Shown: positions 38,285 to 48,296, counted from the first letter of the stretch. The stretch: DNA of 64,000 nt from Abditibacterium sp. (GCA_965199495.1 CBDASK010000003.1:2912001-2976000); one strand, 5' to 3'. Program-made: numbers and translations. Notes: generated by a model not told the origin, from the letters alone.

Positions 38285-39343
38285 TCAATGTGGGATAATC
38301 CGGCGCGCGGCGTGAACCAAAACGACCGCCAAAAAGAAAGCGTTGCGCAATAAAGGCGTGCCGAGCAACACGCGCGGCGCGACGACGGCGATGCCCTGCG
38401 AATGTGCGCTTTCGAGTTCGCGTGCCACGCGCTCGATGTAAGCGGGCGAGTTGGGCCAATCCCACAATTCGGAGCGCCAGTGCGCGGGCAAGTTTTCGGC
38501 GCCCACGCGCGCGCCGATGATGCCGCCCAATATCGCCGCCGTCGAATCGGTATCGCCGCCGCAACGAATAATACTTTCCAAGGCCGCGCGAAAATCGTTG
38601 GGATAGCGCAGCCAGCATTGCAAAACCACGGGAACCGTATGAAAAATGTAGCCGCTCACGCCGTTTTCCAAACCCAAATCGCGGCAAAACTCGCGCGTGG
38701 TTTGGTTACGCGTGGCGGAAATTACGGCTTTGTCGGCGAGGCCAAGAAATTCTTTTGTCGCATCCGAATCGTCGCTCCATTCGCGCAAATCGCGCAGCAG
38801 ACGCGCGCCGTTGCACTCGCCCTGCGCGCTCTGATGTGCGGCCAGAGCGATGGCGAACGCGCCGATTTCGGCTTTGGGATCGGTGTGCGTTAGAAGCGTC
38901 GAGGCGCGGCAAAACTCGCGCAGTTGTCCGATGTCGGGCAGGAACGCGCCCAAAATCGGCGCGCGCATCGCCGGGCCGTTGCCCGCCGAAAACACGCCGG
39001 TTTTGTGGGTAAAAGTCCACGCTTTAAAGCCCGCCAGCAATGTCGCGCGGCCCACGCCCGGCGGCAAATAAAACGTCCATGCGCGCAGTTCGCCGCGCAA
39101 AACGCGACCAAACTTTTGCGTGTCGCCGCGCGATTCCAATAAAGCGCGCGCGGTGAAAAGCGCGTGTTCGGTATCGTCGGACAACATACCGCGACCGGGC
39201 AACAGTTGCATTTCCAAGCCCTTGGGTTGCGCGCCATAAATTTGGCGCGCGCGTTGCGGCGCCAAGCGCTCGAACGGCAAACCCAACGCATCGCCGATGG
39301 CGCCGCCCAGCAGACAGCCGTGGAGCCGGTCAAAGAGAGTGAT
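38285..39343 (-). CDS. ADP-ribosylglycohydrolase (DraG/ARH family); no canonical start codon
   Basis: SDDT, SAGNGPAMR, THTD, GGDTDSTAA. The conserved DRLHGCLLGGAIGDALG extends upstream of the ORF-track start to ATC codons at 39343/39346. Confidence 0.85.
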   Translation of the reverse strand: MTLFDRLHGCLLGGAIGDALGLPFERLAPQRARQIYGAQPKGLEMQLLPGRGMLSDDTEHALFTARALLESRGDTQKFGRVLRGELRAWTFYLPPGVGRATLLAGFKAWTFTHKTGVFSAGNGPAMRAPILGAFLPDIGQLREFCRASTLLTHTDPKAEIGAFAIALAAHQSAQGECNGARLLRDLREWSDDSDATKEFLGLADKAVISATRNQTTREFCRDLGLENGVSGYIFHTVPVVLQCWLRYPNDFRAALESIIRCGGDTDSTAAILGGIIGARVGAENLPAHWRSELWDWPNSPAYIERVARELESAHSQGIAVVAPRVLLGTPLLRNAFFLAVVLVHAARRIIPH

Positions 39344-39472
39344 GATAAATCAAGTATCGCTTGCGCGAGCGAATTGCGGTTTCTCAATTCAAATTGTGCG
39401 GTCAGATTATAGCAACGGGGAAAACTGCGCTGTCGCCATAACAACTCGCAAACGGTAAAATTGAAGGGACTT

Positions 39473-42400
39473 ATGAAAATTACTCCCATTTTGCTCGCCA
39501 GTGCGCTCGTCGCGGGCGTCCCGTTGTTATGTCCGGTTCTCTCGAACGCCCAAAACGCCCAGAAAACTGCGGCCCAACCGATGTTTATTGGTGCGTCGCA
39601 ACTGTTGGCGAAGTTACCCGCGCCGAACAAACAAGAAAATGAGAGCAGGATGTATGATGAGCCGGGCGACGTTTTCTTCGGCGGCAAAATCGTGGGATTT
39701 GAAGAAGGCCCGGACAAAATGGTGCCCGATGCGCAACGTTTGGCGTCGTGGAAAGCCGATGCTAAAAGCTATCGCAAGGCGGGTGGCGCGCCAACGGCGG
39801 CGGCGTGGCTGCAATTGGAGGCACGCCGCGCCGCGATATTGAAACCCACGCCCAAACCGATGGCGCAGGGTGAAATGGGCACATCGCAGGGCGCCATCAT
39901 TCCGGCGTCCGATATGTTGGTAACGCCGGGATTTTCCAGTTCCGTCAACATTTTGCCCGCGCCCGACCAATGGCGCGCGTTGTTGCAGGGCGCGCGCAAG
40001 TCCTGCGACAATGCAGCCACGGCGCATAACGCGGCGGTTTATTATTTCGCGGCGCGACTCAACGGCGACGAGGCCGAACAAGTGAACGCCCTGCGCGCGC
40101 TCACTCGGATTTGGGCGCCCGTCGTGCGCGCCGACATCGCGGATAAAGCTAAAAATAACAACGACAGCGCGCGCCGCGCCGCGTTGCAGCACGACGATGC
40201 GTTGGCCGATTTGCTGGCGAACTCGCCCGATGTCGCGCAGCAGCAGTTGGGTCTGAGCTGGAAATTGCAAATCGGCGGCATCAACAATAATTACGCTTAC
40301 GTGGATTTGCCCGATTTGGTCAAAAACTGGGGCGCGGCGCGCGCCAAGGCTTTTCTGCCCGAAGTTTTGCGCTCCAAGGCGCGCGTTCAATGGTATGGCG
40401 CGGGCAAAACCGTGGATTTGGCGCGCGAGGTTTGGCTGGATAATCCCGATTTGCAAAACCAGCCGCAATGGCAATTGGTGCAGACGAGCGCCAATTTCAA
40501 CATGGATTTCGCGTTGAAATCATTGGAAAATTTCGCGAACCCCAAACCCAACGATTCCAATTTTTCCGACGGCTACAATTATCAATATGCACAAGCGGCG
40601 GTGCTGCAAAATTTGGTCAAGCGCGAGCAGTTCGCGCGTGCCGACGAGCTTTTATCGCAGTGGAACCGGCGCGGCCAGCTCAAGGCGGATTTGGGGTTTA
40701 GTCCTTACGACGACGAAGCCACGCTCGCGCAACAATTGGCGCAGTTGAGTTGGATGGAAACCACGATGCAGCATTTGCCGATGCTCGATTGGTGGTCTTC
40801 CTATCGCGATTTGGCGTTGAGAGCGGGCCAATCGAAGCGCGCATTGAACTTTGTGCAAACGCGTTTGGAAAATCCCAAAATCGCCCATCGCGGCGCGCTC
40901 CAAAGCGCGCTCGCCTCGCTTTACTTGGATAACGGCGAAATTGAAAAGGGCGGCGCGCTGTTGGCCGCGCAGGTCAAAGCGGGCACGCGCGCGAACGATG
41001 ATTTCCAAAATCGCGCGGGAAACGTCGCCAGTTTGCTGCGCCTGACGCGCGTGGCTCCTCATTTGGAGTGGCTGCAAATCGCGCGGACGGGCGCACAGAG
41101 TTTGGTCGCGACGCCGCTCGATGGTGGCAACGACGACGATAAAATTCGCAAAATCGCCGATGTCGCGCTGCAATTGCACGAACAAAACCAGAGCGTTTTC
41201 GCCAACCAACTATTGGCCCGCGCTTTGATCGCGGCCTCGCAAAAGCCCAAAGAAGAGTATGGTTCGCGGCCCGATGTCAAACCGTATTTGTATGCGCTGA
41301 TGACGATTTATCGCGATACCAACCACGCCAAAGACGCGCTTTATCTGCTGGAAAACGCGCGAGGTTGGGGCGCCGCCGAACTGTCGCCGCTTTTGACCTA
41401 TCACGGCGAAGATCAGTGGGGCGAAGACCACACCGATATTGACACCAAAGCGCGCGCGCCTTTGGGCGAATTGGTGACATGGGCTTTGGCGAAAAACAAT
41501 CGGCGCGCCCAAGCCGCGCAGGTCGCGCGTGCCACGCTCGAACGCGCGGCTGGTAACGATGGCGTCTACGCGCTGTTGGTGGATTTAGAAGGGCAAAAAG
41601 CCGTTCCATTTTTGCAAGAGTTGCAGGCGCGCGACCCTTACGAAGAACGCCCGCTCATCTGGCAGGCTGAACTGGCGCGGCGCGCGGGCAATTTGTCCAA
41701 AGCGGCGCAGTTGGCGCAAAGCGCGATTGCCGTTGATCCATCCGACGGCGAGCAGCCACGGGGCGACCGTCTGCGCGCTTATAGCGAATTGGCGAGCGTC
41801 AAACGCGCGCAGGGCGACGCGGCCAAAGCGGGCGAACTGAGCGAAGCCGTCGGGGCGATTCGGCTGAGCGAGACCGCCGACAAATGGCGCGTCGCGGGCG
41901 TGGCTCCGCGCGCCATCGCGCTCTACCGGCAATCACTCGGTTTGTTCGATAACGCCTATTGCGTGCAATCGCGGCTGGCCGTCGAGCTGACGAGTCAGGG
42001 CGATTTCGCGCAGGCGGCGCAACATTTCGAGCGCGCCTATCAATTGATGCCAATTTCGTTTGGCCGCATGGAAAGCCACTGTTTCGGCTGCGAAGGCGTC
42101 TTTGGCGGCACCAAAAGCGAGCCGATTGCGCGCCGTGTTTTTCGCCAGTTGGAAGCGGCGCAACCCAACAACGCCAAAGTGCAATATCTCGCCGGTTACT
42201 GGCGCATGAGCGCCGGGCAAAATCAGGCCGCGACCCAGTATTATCGGCGCGCCGTCCAACTCGATCCGCTTTATCTGTCGGCGTGGAAGAAGTTGGCCGA
42301 AAGCAAAAGTTTCCAGACACCGCTTCAGCAAGACGCCGCGACGCTCGCGGTTTTACGTTTAGACCCGGCCAGCCAGCACGACGATTACGGCGCGTCATTC

Positions 42401-42604
42401 GAGATTAATCAAGATTTCAAAGGATTGTGGAATGTGACCCAAGCCGTGTTGCCGCGCATTCGGCCCAACCTCAAAGCCAATTTTCCCCTGCCGAAATCAA
42501 TCAACACCAGCGAAAGTTACAATACGTGGGAGTTGGTAACTTCGCCCGCCAACGCTATCGCACGCCAAAGTTTCGTGCGGTCATTGGATGAGATTGTGAG
42601 CTGA
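39473..42604 (+). CDS. Large secreted TPR-like helical-repeat protein
   Basis: Signal peptide; C-terminal TPRs; YCVQSRLA and SHCFGCEG motifs. Confidence 0.75.
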   Translation: MKITPILLASALVAGVPLLCPVLSNAQNAQKTAAQPMFIGASQLLAKLPAPNKQENESRMYDEPGDVFFGGKIVGFEEGPDKMVPDAQRLASWKADAKSYRKAGGAPTAAAWLQLEARRAAILKPTPKPMAQGEMGTSQGAIIPASDMLVTPGFSSSVNILPAPDQWRALLQGARKSCDNAATAHNAAVYYFAARLNGDEAEQVNALRALTRIWAPVVRADIADKAKNNNDSARRAALQHDDALADLLANSPDVAQQQLGLSWKLQIGGINNNYAYVDLPDLVKNWGAARAKAFLPEVLRSKARVQWYGAGKTVDLAREVWLDNPDLQNQPQWQLVQTSANFNMDFALKSLENFANPKPNDSNFSDGYNYQYAQAAVLQNLVKREQFARADELLSQWNRRGQLKADLGFSPYDDEATLAQQLAQLSWMETTMQHLPMLDWWSSYRDLALRAGQSKRALNFVQTRLENPKIAHRGALQSALASLYLDNGEIEKGGALLAAQVKAGTRANDDFQNRAGNVASLLRLTRVAPHLEWLQIARTGAQSLVATPLDGGNDDDKIRKIADVALQLHEQNQSVFANQLLARALIAASQKPKEEYGSRPDVKPYLYALMTIYRDTNHAKDALYLLENARGWGAAELSPLLTYHGEDQWGEDHTDIDTKARAPLGELVTWALAKNNRRAQAAQVARATLERAAGNDGVYALLVDLEGQKAVPFLQELQARDPYEERPLIWQAELARRAGNLSKAAQLAQSAIAVDPSDGEQPRGDRLRAYSELASVKRAQGDAAKAGELSEAVGAIRLSETADKWRVAGVAPRAIALYRQSLGLFDNAYCVQSRLAVELTSQGDFAQAAQHFERAYQLMPISFGRMESHCFGCEGVFGGTKSEPIARRVFRQLEAAQPNNAKVQYLAGYWRMSAGQNQAATQYYRRAVQLDPLYLSAWKKLAESKSFQTPLQQDAATLAVLRLDPASQHDDYGASFEINQDFKGLWNVTQAVLPRIRPNLKANFPLPKSINTSESYNTWELVTSPANAIARQSFVRSLDEIVS

Positions 42605-42673
42605 GTTGGCGACCAACTGCGCAACTTCTACAAAAATTCAAAGGATTGCGGTTTGCTCTGAAATTTTTCCCGT

Positions 42674-44149
42674 ATGAATATCTCCGAAATTCCCTTGCCC
42701 GCCGCTTACGAAAACCTCGAACCCGCCGCCGTGTGGCAGCAATTCGCCGCGCTCAATTCGATTCCGCGTCCGTCGGGCGCCGAGGCGGCGGCGCGCGCCT
42801 ATGTGCAGCAACTCGCCAAAGCGCGCGGCGCGCGTTGGGACGCCGACACGCGCGGTAACATCGTGGTGCAGTTGCCCGCGTCGGGCGATAACGACGGCGC
42901 GCCCACAGTTGTGTTGCAGTCGCATCTCGATATGGTGTGCCAAAAGCGTCCCGAAACCGATCACGATTTCGCCGTTGACGCGATTTTACCTCGCCGCGAG
43001 GGCGACCGCATTTACGCGACCGGCACCACGCTGGGCGCCGACAACGGTCTGGGCGCCGCCATGATGCTGGCGATTTTAGCCGACGAAGGAGTCAATCATC
43101 CGCCGCTCGAATTGTTGTTCACGGTCGAAGAAGAAACCGGATTATTTGGCGCCGCCGAACTCGACCCCGATTTGGTTAAAGGCCGCTTGATGATCAATCT
43201 CGATTCGGAAGACCCTGACGAAATCATCATCGGTTGCGCGGGCGGCGCGACTACAACCTTGATTTTGCCGGTCGAGCGCGAAGCGTTGGATAATTCGGAC
43301 AACTGGCAAATCGTCGTTGGCGGTCTGGCGGGCGGACATTCGGGCGTCGAAATCGGCAAGCCGCTCGCCAACGCGATCAAAACGTTAATCGAAATCGTCA
43401 ACGCCGGGCGCATCGAAGCGCCCGAATCGCGCCTAATCGCGATTGACGGCGGCACCGCGCATAACGCGATTCCGCGCGATTGCATCGCGCATATCGCCGT
43501 TTTGAGCGCGCATCAAGCGGCGTTTGCCGCCGCCGTGGCTGCACGCACCGACGAACTTAAAACGCAATGGAAAACCGACGAGCCGAATCTGGAAATTACG
43601 CTTCAACCGTCCGATTCGACTTCGTTGCCCTTGAATGCAGCAGCCACGGCGACAGCCCTCGAACTTTTGCGTGCCCTGCCGCACGGCGTTTCAGCGATGA
43701 GCGAGCGGTTCGCGGGCAAAGTTCAGACTTCATCGAATTTGGCCGAAGTCACAACGCGCGAAGACGAAATCGAAATTCACATTTCCAACCGTTCGTTTGT
43801 GGCAAGCGACATCGCGAACTTGCAGCAAAATCAGGCCAATCTGGGCGAAGCGGCGGGCGCCAAAATTACCGCGCGCGACGGTTATCCCGGCTGGGAACCG
43901 CGCTCGGAATCGCCGCTACGCGAGAAAACAATCGCGGCTTATCGGCGCGCGATGGGTAAAGAACCGATTGTCGAAGTGGTTCACGCCGGTTTGGAATGCG
44001 GATTGTTGAGCGAGAAATTTCCCGGCCTTGACGCGGTTTCGTTTGGCCCGCTCATTAAGGGCGCGCACACGCCCGAAGAGTGGGCCTCGATTGAAAGCAC
44101 GCAAGAAATATGGAATTTGCTGACGGGATTGTTGAACGATTTGTCCTGA
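42674..44149 (+). CDS. pepD: Aminoacyl-histidine dipeptidase (M20C)
   Basis: IPRPSG.E, LQSHLDMV, TTLGADNG, FTVEEETG, NLDSE, GGHSG, HAGLECG, HTPEE. Confidence 0.93.
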   Translation: MNISEIPLPAAYENLEPAAVWQQFAALNSIPRPSGAEAAARAYVQQLAKARGARWDADTRGNIVVQLPASGDNDGAPTVVLQSHLDMVCQKRPETDHDFAVDAILPRREGDRIYATGTTLGADNGLGAAMMLAILADEGVNHPPLELLFTVEEETGLFGAAELDPDLVKGRLMINLDSEDPDEIIIGCAGGATTTLILPVEREALDNSDNWQIVVGGLAGGHSGVEIGKPLANAIKTLIEIVNAGRIEAPESRLIAIDGGTAHNAIPRDCIAHIAVLSAHQAAFAAAVAARTDELKTQWKTDEPNLEITLQPSDSTSLPLNAAATATALELLRALPHGVSAMSERFAGKVQTSSNLAEVTTREDEIEIHISNRSFVASDIANLQQNQANLGEAAGAKITARDGYPGWEPRSESPLREKTIAAYRRAMGKEPIVEVVHAGLECGLLSEKFPGLDAVSFGPLIKGAHTPEEWASIESTQEIWNLLTGLLNDLS

Positions 44150-44164
44150 CAAGAGTTTTACGTC

Positions 44165-44205
44165 AAAAAAAGAAGCGCCCACCGAATTTTCGGTGGGCGC
44201 TTCTT
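44165..44205. terminator. Bidirectional intrinsic terminator between convergent genes
   Basis: AAGAAGCGCCCACCGAA/TTCGGTGGGCGCTTCTT stem with an A tract. Confidence 0.85.
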
Positions 44206-44231
44206 GCGTTCGATGGCGAATCGAATCGTTG

Positions 44232-45038
44232 TCAGGGATTGCCAGCTTCACCCTTTAGCACAATAAACGGGCGAACGGTCGCCAGAACGTCATTGGGCAT
44301 TTTGGGCACGTCACGACCATCTTTTCCGAATTCGTCGTTTTCATTGTAGGTCGGCGAAACTGGGCGCGAACCGCCATCTAAGCCGTTCAACAGTGCGGTG
44401 ACGACAGCCGTGTGACGCGCCTCGGTGCCCTGAATCGCAGCGGCGGTTTGCAGGTATGTTGTTGTTTTGAAGGAGGGAATAGCGCCCAAATAGGCTTGCA
44501 CGCCCAACGCTTCGGCTTTGCGCACTTGCTCTACAACACTGGCGACCGTCGGATATTTGCTGACGTCGTCCAATCCGAAATCGAATTTGGTGCCGTTGAG
44601 CGGTTTGCCCGTTGCCAAAATCGAATTTGCTCCCAACGCACCGTTGAGAAAATCGCGATGGGCATTTTCGACTTTGCCGAAGTCCACCAGATACGAAACG
44701 GCGGGCGACGAGTTCGGCTGGTTCAATCCGACGATGGTTTTGCCCAGCGCATTGGTGCCGCCGGTCGTCAGGCGCTGCAACGCTTGCGCGTAAAGATCGG
44801 CTTCGAGGGCTTCGAGCGACAGCGCATAGTTGAGAACTTGTGTGTCGTTGGCGGCGGTGCCAAAAGTGGCCTCGGTAAACGTGATGGGAGTTTTGTTCTG
44901 GGCGCGCGCCGCTTTGGGCGTGGCAAAAAGGGCGGCACCTCCCAAAAGGGCCGCGCCCGTCAAAATCGCGGCGTTGGAAGGGGAAGCAACGGGCGCCCCG
45001 TTGGGCGTGGCTGCTGAAGTTTGAATGATTTCGCTCAT
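44232..45038 (-). CDS. Ferritin-like domain protein (Ferritin_2/desiccation-related type)
   Basis: VLNYALSLEALEADLY, ENAHRDFL, EALGVQAYLGA, IQGTEARH. Confidence 0.88.
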   Translation of the reverse strand: MSEIIQTSAATPNGAPVASPSNAAILTGAALLGGAALFATPKAARAQNKTPITFTEATFGTAANDTQVLNYALSLEALEADLYAQALQRLTTGGTNALGKTIVGLNQPNSSPAVSYLVDFGKVENAHRDFLNGALGANSILATGKPLNGTKFDFGLDDVSKYPTVASVVEQVRKAEALGVQAYLGAIPSFKTTTYLQTAAAIQGTEARHTAVVTALLNGLDGGSRPVSPTYNENDEFGKDGRDVPKMPNDVLATVRPFIVLKGEAGNP

Positions 45039-45084
45039 AGGTTTCCTTGGATGGGTAAATGAATCCGTTGTTGGGATGGGCCGT

Positions 45085-45966
45085 TTACTGCACGATCAGC
45101 GGTTGAATGTTCTGCACAACGGTCGTCGGCGGGATGAAATACTCGAAGACGTTCTGCTTGTCCGACTCATTGTTGGGGCCGCTATAAGGCAAAGGGCCGC
45201 CGTTGAGTTGCACTTTCTCGCGCGCGCCCACACCCGTGGCTGGGCTTTGCGACGGGCCGGTGTCTTTGCCCAAAATATAGGCGATGGCCGCCGAGTGACG
45301 CGCCTCGGTCGAGTAAATCGAGACCGCCGTTTGCACGTAACCCAAATCGGTCAGATAGGGGGCCGCGCCCAGATAGGCGCTGACGCCCTCTTCTTCGAGC
45401 GGATAAATTGAGGTCAGCAAATCTTTGAGCGTTGGATTGGCCGGAGGCGCGAGCGGGCCAAAGGTATAGCCTTTGGGGTTGCGCGTCACCACCGGCGCGT
45501 TCAGGCTTTGCAGCGTCATCTGCAAAAAGTCGCGGTGCGCCGCTTCGACAAACGTGAAATCGCGCAAGTAAGCAAAAGCTGCCGCCGAATTCACGCCGCC
45601 TGCACCAACCGTCGGCGCGGAATAGGCGCCGGGCGTGGATTTGAGCGGCGTGGCTGCTGGTAAGCCAACGGCAATATTGAGCGCTTGACGATAAAGATCG
45701 GCTTCCAGAATTTCGAGCGTTAGCGCGAAGTTCAAAACCTGTTCGTTGGTGTTGCGACCCGGCAATTTCACCGGGAAACTGCCGGTGCTGGTGCCGCCGC
45801 CAGTGTTGCCGCCGTTACCATTACCGCCTAAGAGGCCACCGCTGTTGCCGCCGCCGCAACCGTCGAGCAGCGCGATGGCTGCAACACCCAATCCGGCGGC
45901 GCCCATGCGCTGCAAAAAGGCGCGGCGATTGACCGGATTGTTTTTGATTTGATCAAAGCTATTCAT
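45085..45966 (-). CDS. Tat-exported lipoprotein with a ferritin-like domain
   Basis: NRRAFL twin-arginine signal with LDGC lipobox; VLNFALTLEILEADLY, EAAHRDFL, EARH. Confidence 0.88.
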   Translation of the reverse strand: MNSFDQIKNNPVNRRAFLQRMGAAGLGVAAIALLDGCGGGNSGGLLGGNGNGGNTGGGTSTGSFPVKLPGRNTNEQVLNFALTLEILEADLYRQALNIAVGLPAATPLKSTPGAYSAPTVGAGGVNSAAAFAYLRDFTFVEAAHRDFLQMTLQSLNAPVVTRNPKGYTFGPLAPPANPTLKDLLTSIYPLEEEGVSAYLGAAPYLTDLGYVQTAVSIYSTEARHSAAIAYILGKDTGPSQSPATGVGAREKVQLNGGPLPYSGPNNESDKQNVFEYFIPPTTVVQNIQPLIVQ

Positions 45967-46282
45967 GAGTTATTTTTCTCAATCGGAAAATGCGTGACGT
46001 TTTTCGTCACCTGAATCGGTGGCCCACAAAAGAAATTAATGCGCAACCACAAGCGAGGACGCGATGATGCGATCATCGAAACGAACAAAGGGCGAAAAAT
46101 TTGCCGATTCGCCACTTTGCTCCTTTTAGGTTGAATTAAAACAAAAATTCGGGCAATTCGCACCGTGAAAAAACTTGACACTAATTAGTGAAATTAATCC
46201 TAAAAATTTTTGAAATAGGAGTTGAAATACTTGTGCCAAGTGTTACTTTTGAGCGTAATCGTAATTATATAAATTGGGTGCC

Positions 46283-46319
46283 AAAAAAAACACCAGCGGG
46301 TTTATGCGCTGGTGTTTTA
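46283..46319 (-). terminator. Rho-independent terminator
   Basis: AAAACACCAGCG..CGCTGGTGTTTT stem with an A8 tract on the + strand. Confidence 0.8.
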
Positions 46320-46361
46320 TCGGGTGTGCTCACACTTCTTTGCGTCAAGCTGGGGAAGCAT

Positions 46362-47078
46362 CTATTCGCGTTTTTTCTGCGTGCGCGTGTGCCGTTCAAT
46401 TTCGATGGCCAGCAGCATCGGTTCGACATCAATGTAGTTGGCGACGCGGTCAATAACGCGAGACATCGCGCGGCGCCCGGCGTGGCTTTCGGCGGCGCCC
46501 TCGAAGAGCATTTCCTGCGCGTCGCTCAAACTTTCGGCGATTTGCAAAATCAAACCGGCGCGCACCTGGGGCAAAACGCGGTCGGTAACCTGCGAGATTT
46601 GCTGGCGAATTTCGCTGACGATCTGGTTCATCACGTCCTCGACATGATGCTCGCTTACCTTGCGCTCGGCCATCGCGATAACGGCGGTCTGCGCTTTTTC
46701 GCGGCTCTCCTTGATCTTGTTCCAATCTTCGATGGTTTTGCCTTCGATGGCCTCGAAATGGATCGGGCGGCCCGCCGCGCCGCGCAAAATATTTTCGATG
46801 GTATTTTTGGCGATGCCGCCCGACAGCGCGGGCGCCATCGAAATGTGGCGCGCTTCCATGCCGACGATGAAATTATCGCCGTCCATGACGATGGGCGTGG
46901 CTTCGGCCATCGCATCGGCGACGGGCAGGGAAAACGGCATTTTGATAAAAACGCGTTTGCGCACCTCGCGCCAGACCCAGTTGAGATCGACCGCGTCGGG
47001 CGCGGGCGAGGCCGCCGTTGGCAAATCGCTGCTATTTTCAGCTTGTAAAGAAGGGGATGAACTGGAAACTTCGGCCAT
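46362..47078 (-). CDS. Hypothetical protein, possible DnaA-N/DciA-like (KH-type) N-terminal domain
   Basis: 238-aa ORF with its own terminator; pattern W..V...V...P....GD.F.VG...IE..L......I.F. Confidence 0.65.
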   Translation of the reverse strand: MAEVSSSSPSLQAENSSDLPTAASPAPDAVDLNWVWREVRKRVFIKMPFSLPVADAMAEATPIVMDGDNFIVGMEARHISMAPALSGGIAKNTIENILRGAAGRPIHFEAIEGKTIEDWNKIKESREKAQTAVIAMAERKVSEHHVEDVMNQIVSEIRQQISQVTDRVLPQVRAGLILQIAESLSDAQEMLFEGAAESHAGRRAMSRVIDRVANYIDVEPMLLAIEIERHTRTQKKRE

Positions 47079-47238
47079 AAATCGATCCTATAATCTCAAA
47101 TTTCGCGACGTATGCCCGCAATTGTGTGAAGCTGTGTGAAATGATCGGGCAAATTAAAAACGAAGCGATTGCCTTTTATTATAACCGCTCAGAGGCAATT
47201 TTTCCATAGAAATAATCCGAAGAATTCTGACGCGACAT

Positions 47239-48063
47239 TTAAGTCGTGAGATTTTGAAGGCGCCGCGCCGCGCGCAACTCTTCCAAAAACCCCAGAGACT
47301 TGAAGCGCGGCGCGATATGCGCCAGCGTCGAGCGCCGCACGCATTGGCCCAATTCGGCGCTTTCAACCACGTTCAACTCAAACGGCGCGGCGCCCAACGA
47401 CGAAGGCGCGCGATTGCTGCGCTCCAAACGATGGAGCGCGCGCAAGCTCGCCGCGCTCGCCCGCAATGCGCCGCCGTCGCGATGAGCGCATTCGTCGCAT
47501 AACGTGCCGCCGAGATTGGGGCCGAACCAAACGCGCGCGTCCTCAACTGGCGGCGCGCTGATTTTGCGCGCGCATTCGACGCAAAACCCGACGGTCGGCG
47601 CGAAGCCCTGATGCGCCAGCCACTGCGTCTCGAACCAGACGCCCGCTGCCTCGCGCGCGCGGTCGTCGGGCGCGTTTTCGAGCGCATTCAACGCGACTTC
47701 GACGATCTCAAATCCGCGCGGGTCGGGCAAACCTTCGGGCAAAGTATTGGCGACTTCGAGGACGAAATAGGCCCACGCCGTCGCGAAAATGCTATGGCTG
47801 AGTCCCGCGTGCGAAGTTTCGATTTGCGCCTGCGAGATAATGTGCAAACTGCGCCCGGTCACCAACAAAAATCGCGCGACCACAAACGGCTGCGCCAGCG
47901 CCGCTAATTTCGATTTCGGCCCGCGCGCACCCTTAGCCACGGCGTCAATGCGCCCGCGTTCGGGCGAAAATAATACGCAAATCCGGTCTTTTTCGCCCAA
48001 GGGCCGCGTCCGCAAAACCAACGCGCGCGCGGCGTAGGGAACGGATGCGGCAGAGCGGGGCAT
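47239..48063 (-). CDS. recO: DNA repair protein RecO
   Basis: ALVLRTRPLGEKDRI..LFS.E.G.I.AVAKGAR.PKSKL; zinc finger CVEC...CDEC. Confidence 0.93.
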   Translation of the reverse strand: MPRSAASVPYAARALVLRTRPLGEKDRICVLFSPERGRIDAVAKGARGPKSKLAALAQPFVVARFLLVTGRSLHIISQAQIETSHAGLSHSIFATAWAYFVLEVANTLPEGLPDPRGFEIVEVALNALENAPDDRAREAAGVWFETQWLAHQGFAPTVGFCVECARKISAPPVEDARVWFGPNLGGTLCDECAHRDGGALRASAASLRALHRLERSNRAPSSLGAAPFELNVVESAELGQCVRRSTLAHIAPRFKSLGFLEELRAARRLQNLTT

Positions 48064-48086
48064 GGGGGCAAGGATTAAAGTGGAAA

Positions 48087-48296
48087 CACGGATTTGAAGT
48101 AGAAGCGGCTATAACTCACACCCCCTCTGCCTTCGGCATCTCCCCCTCCGAGAGGGGAAGAATGCCTCGGACGTTTCGGAGCTTTCTTGTTCATTTCACG
48201 CCATTGAAGTAACTGAGGCATTCTTCCCCTCTCGGAGGGGGAGATGCCGAAGGCAAAGGGGGTGTGAGTTATAGCCGCTTCTACTTCAAATCCGTG
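48087..48296. repeat. Long palindrome, family F (82-bp arms, CCCCTC/GAGGGG type)
   Basis: 48087-48168 versus 48215-48296 differ by one mismatch; arms contain the hairpins TGCC-TTC-GGCA and CCCCTC..GAGGGG. Confidence 0.92.
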
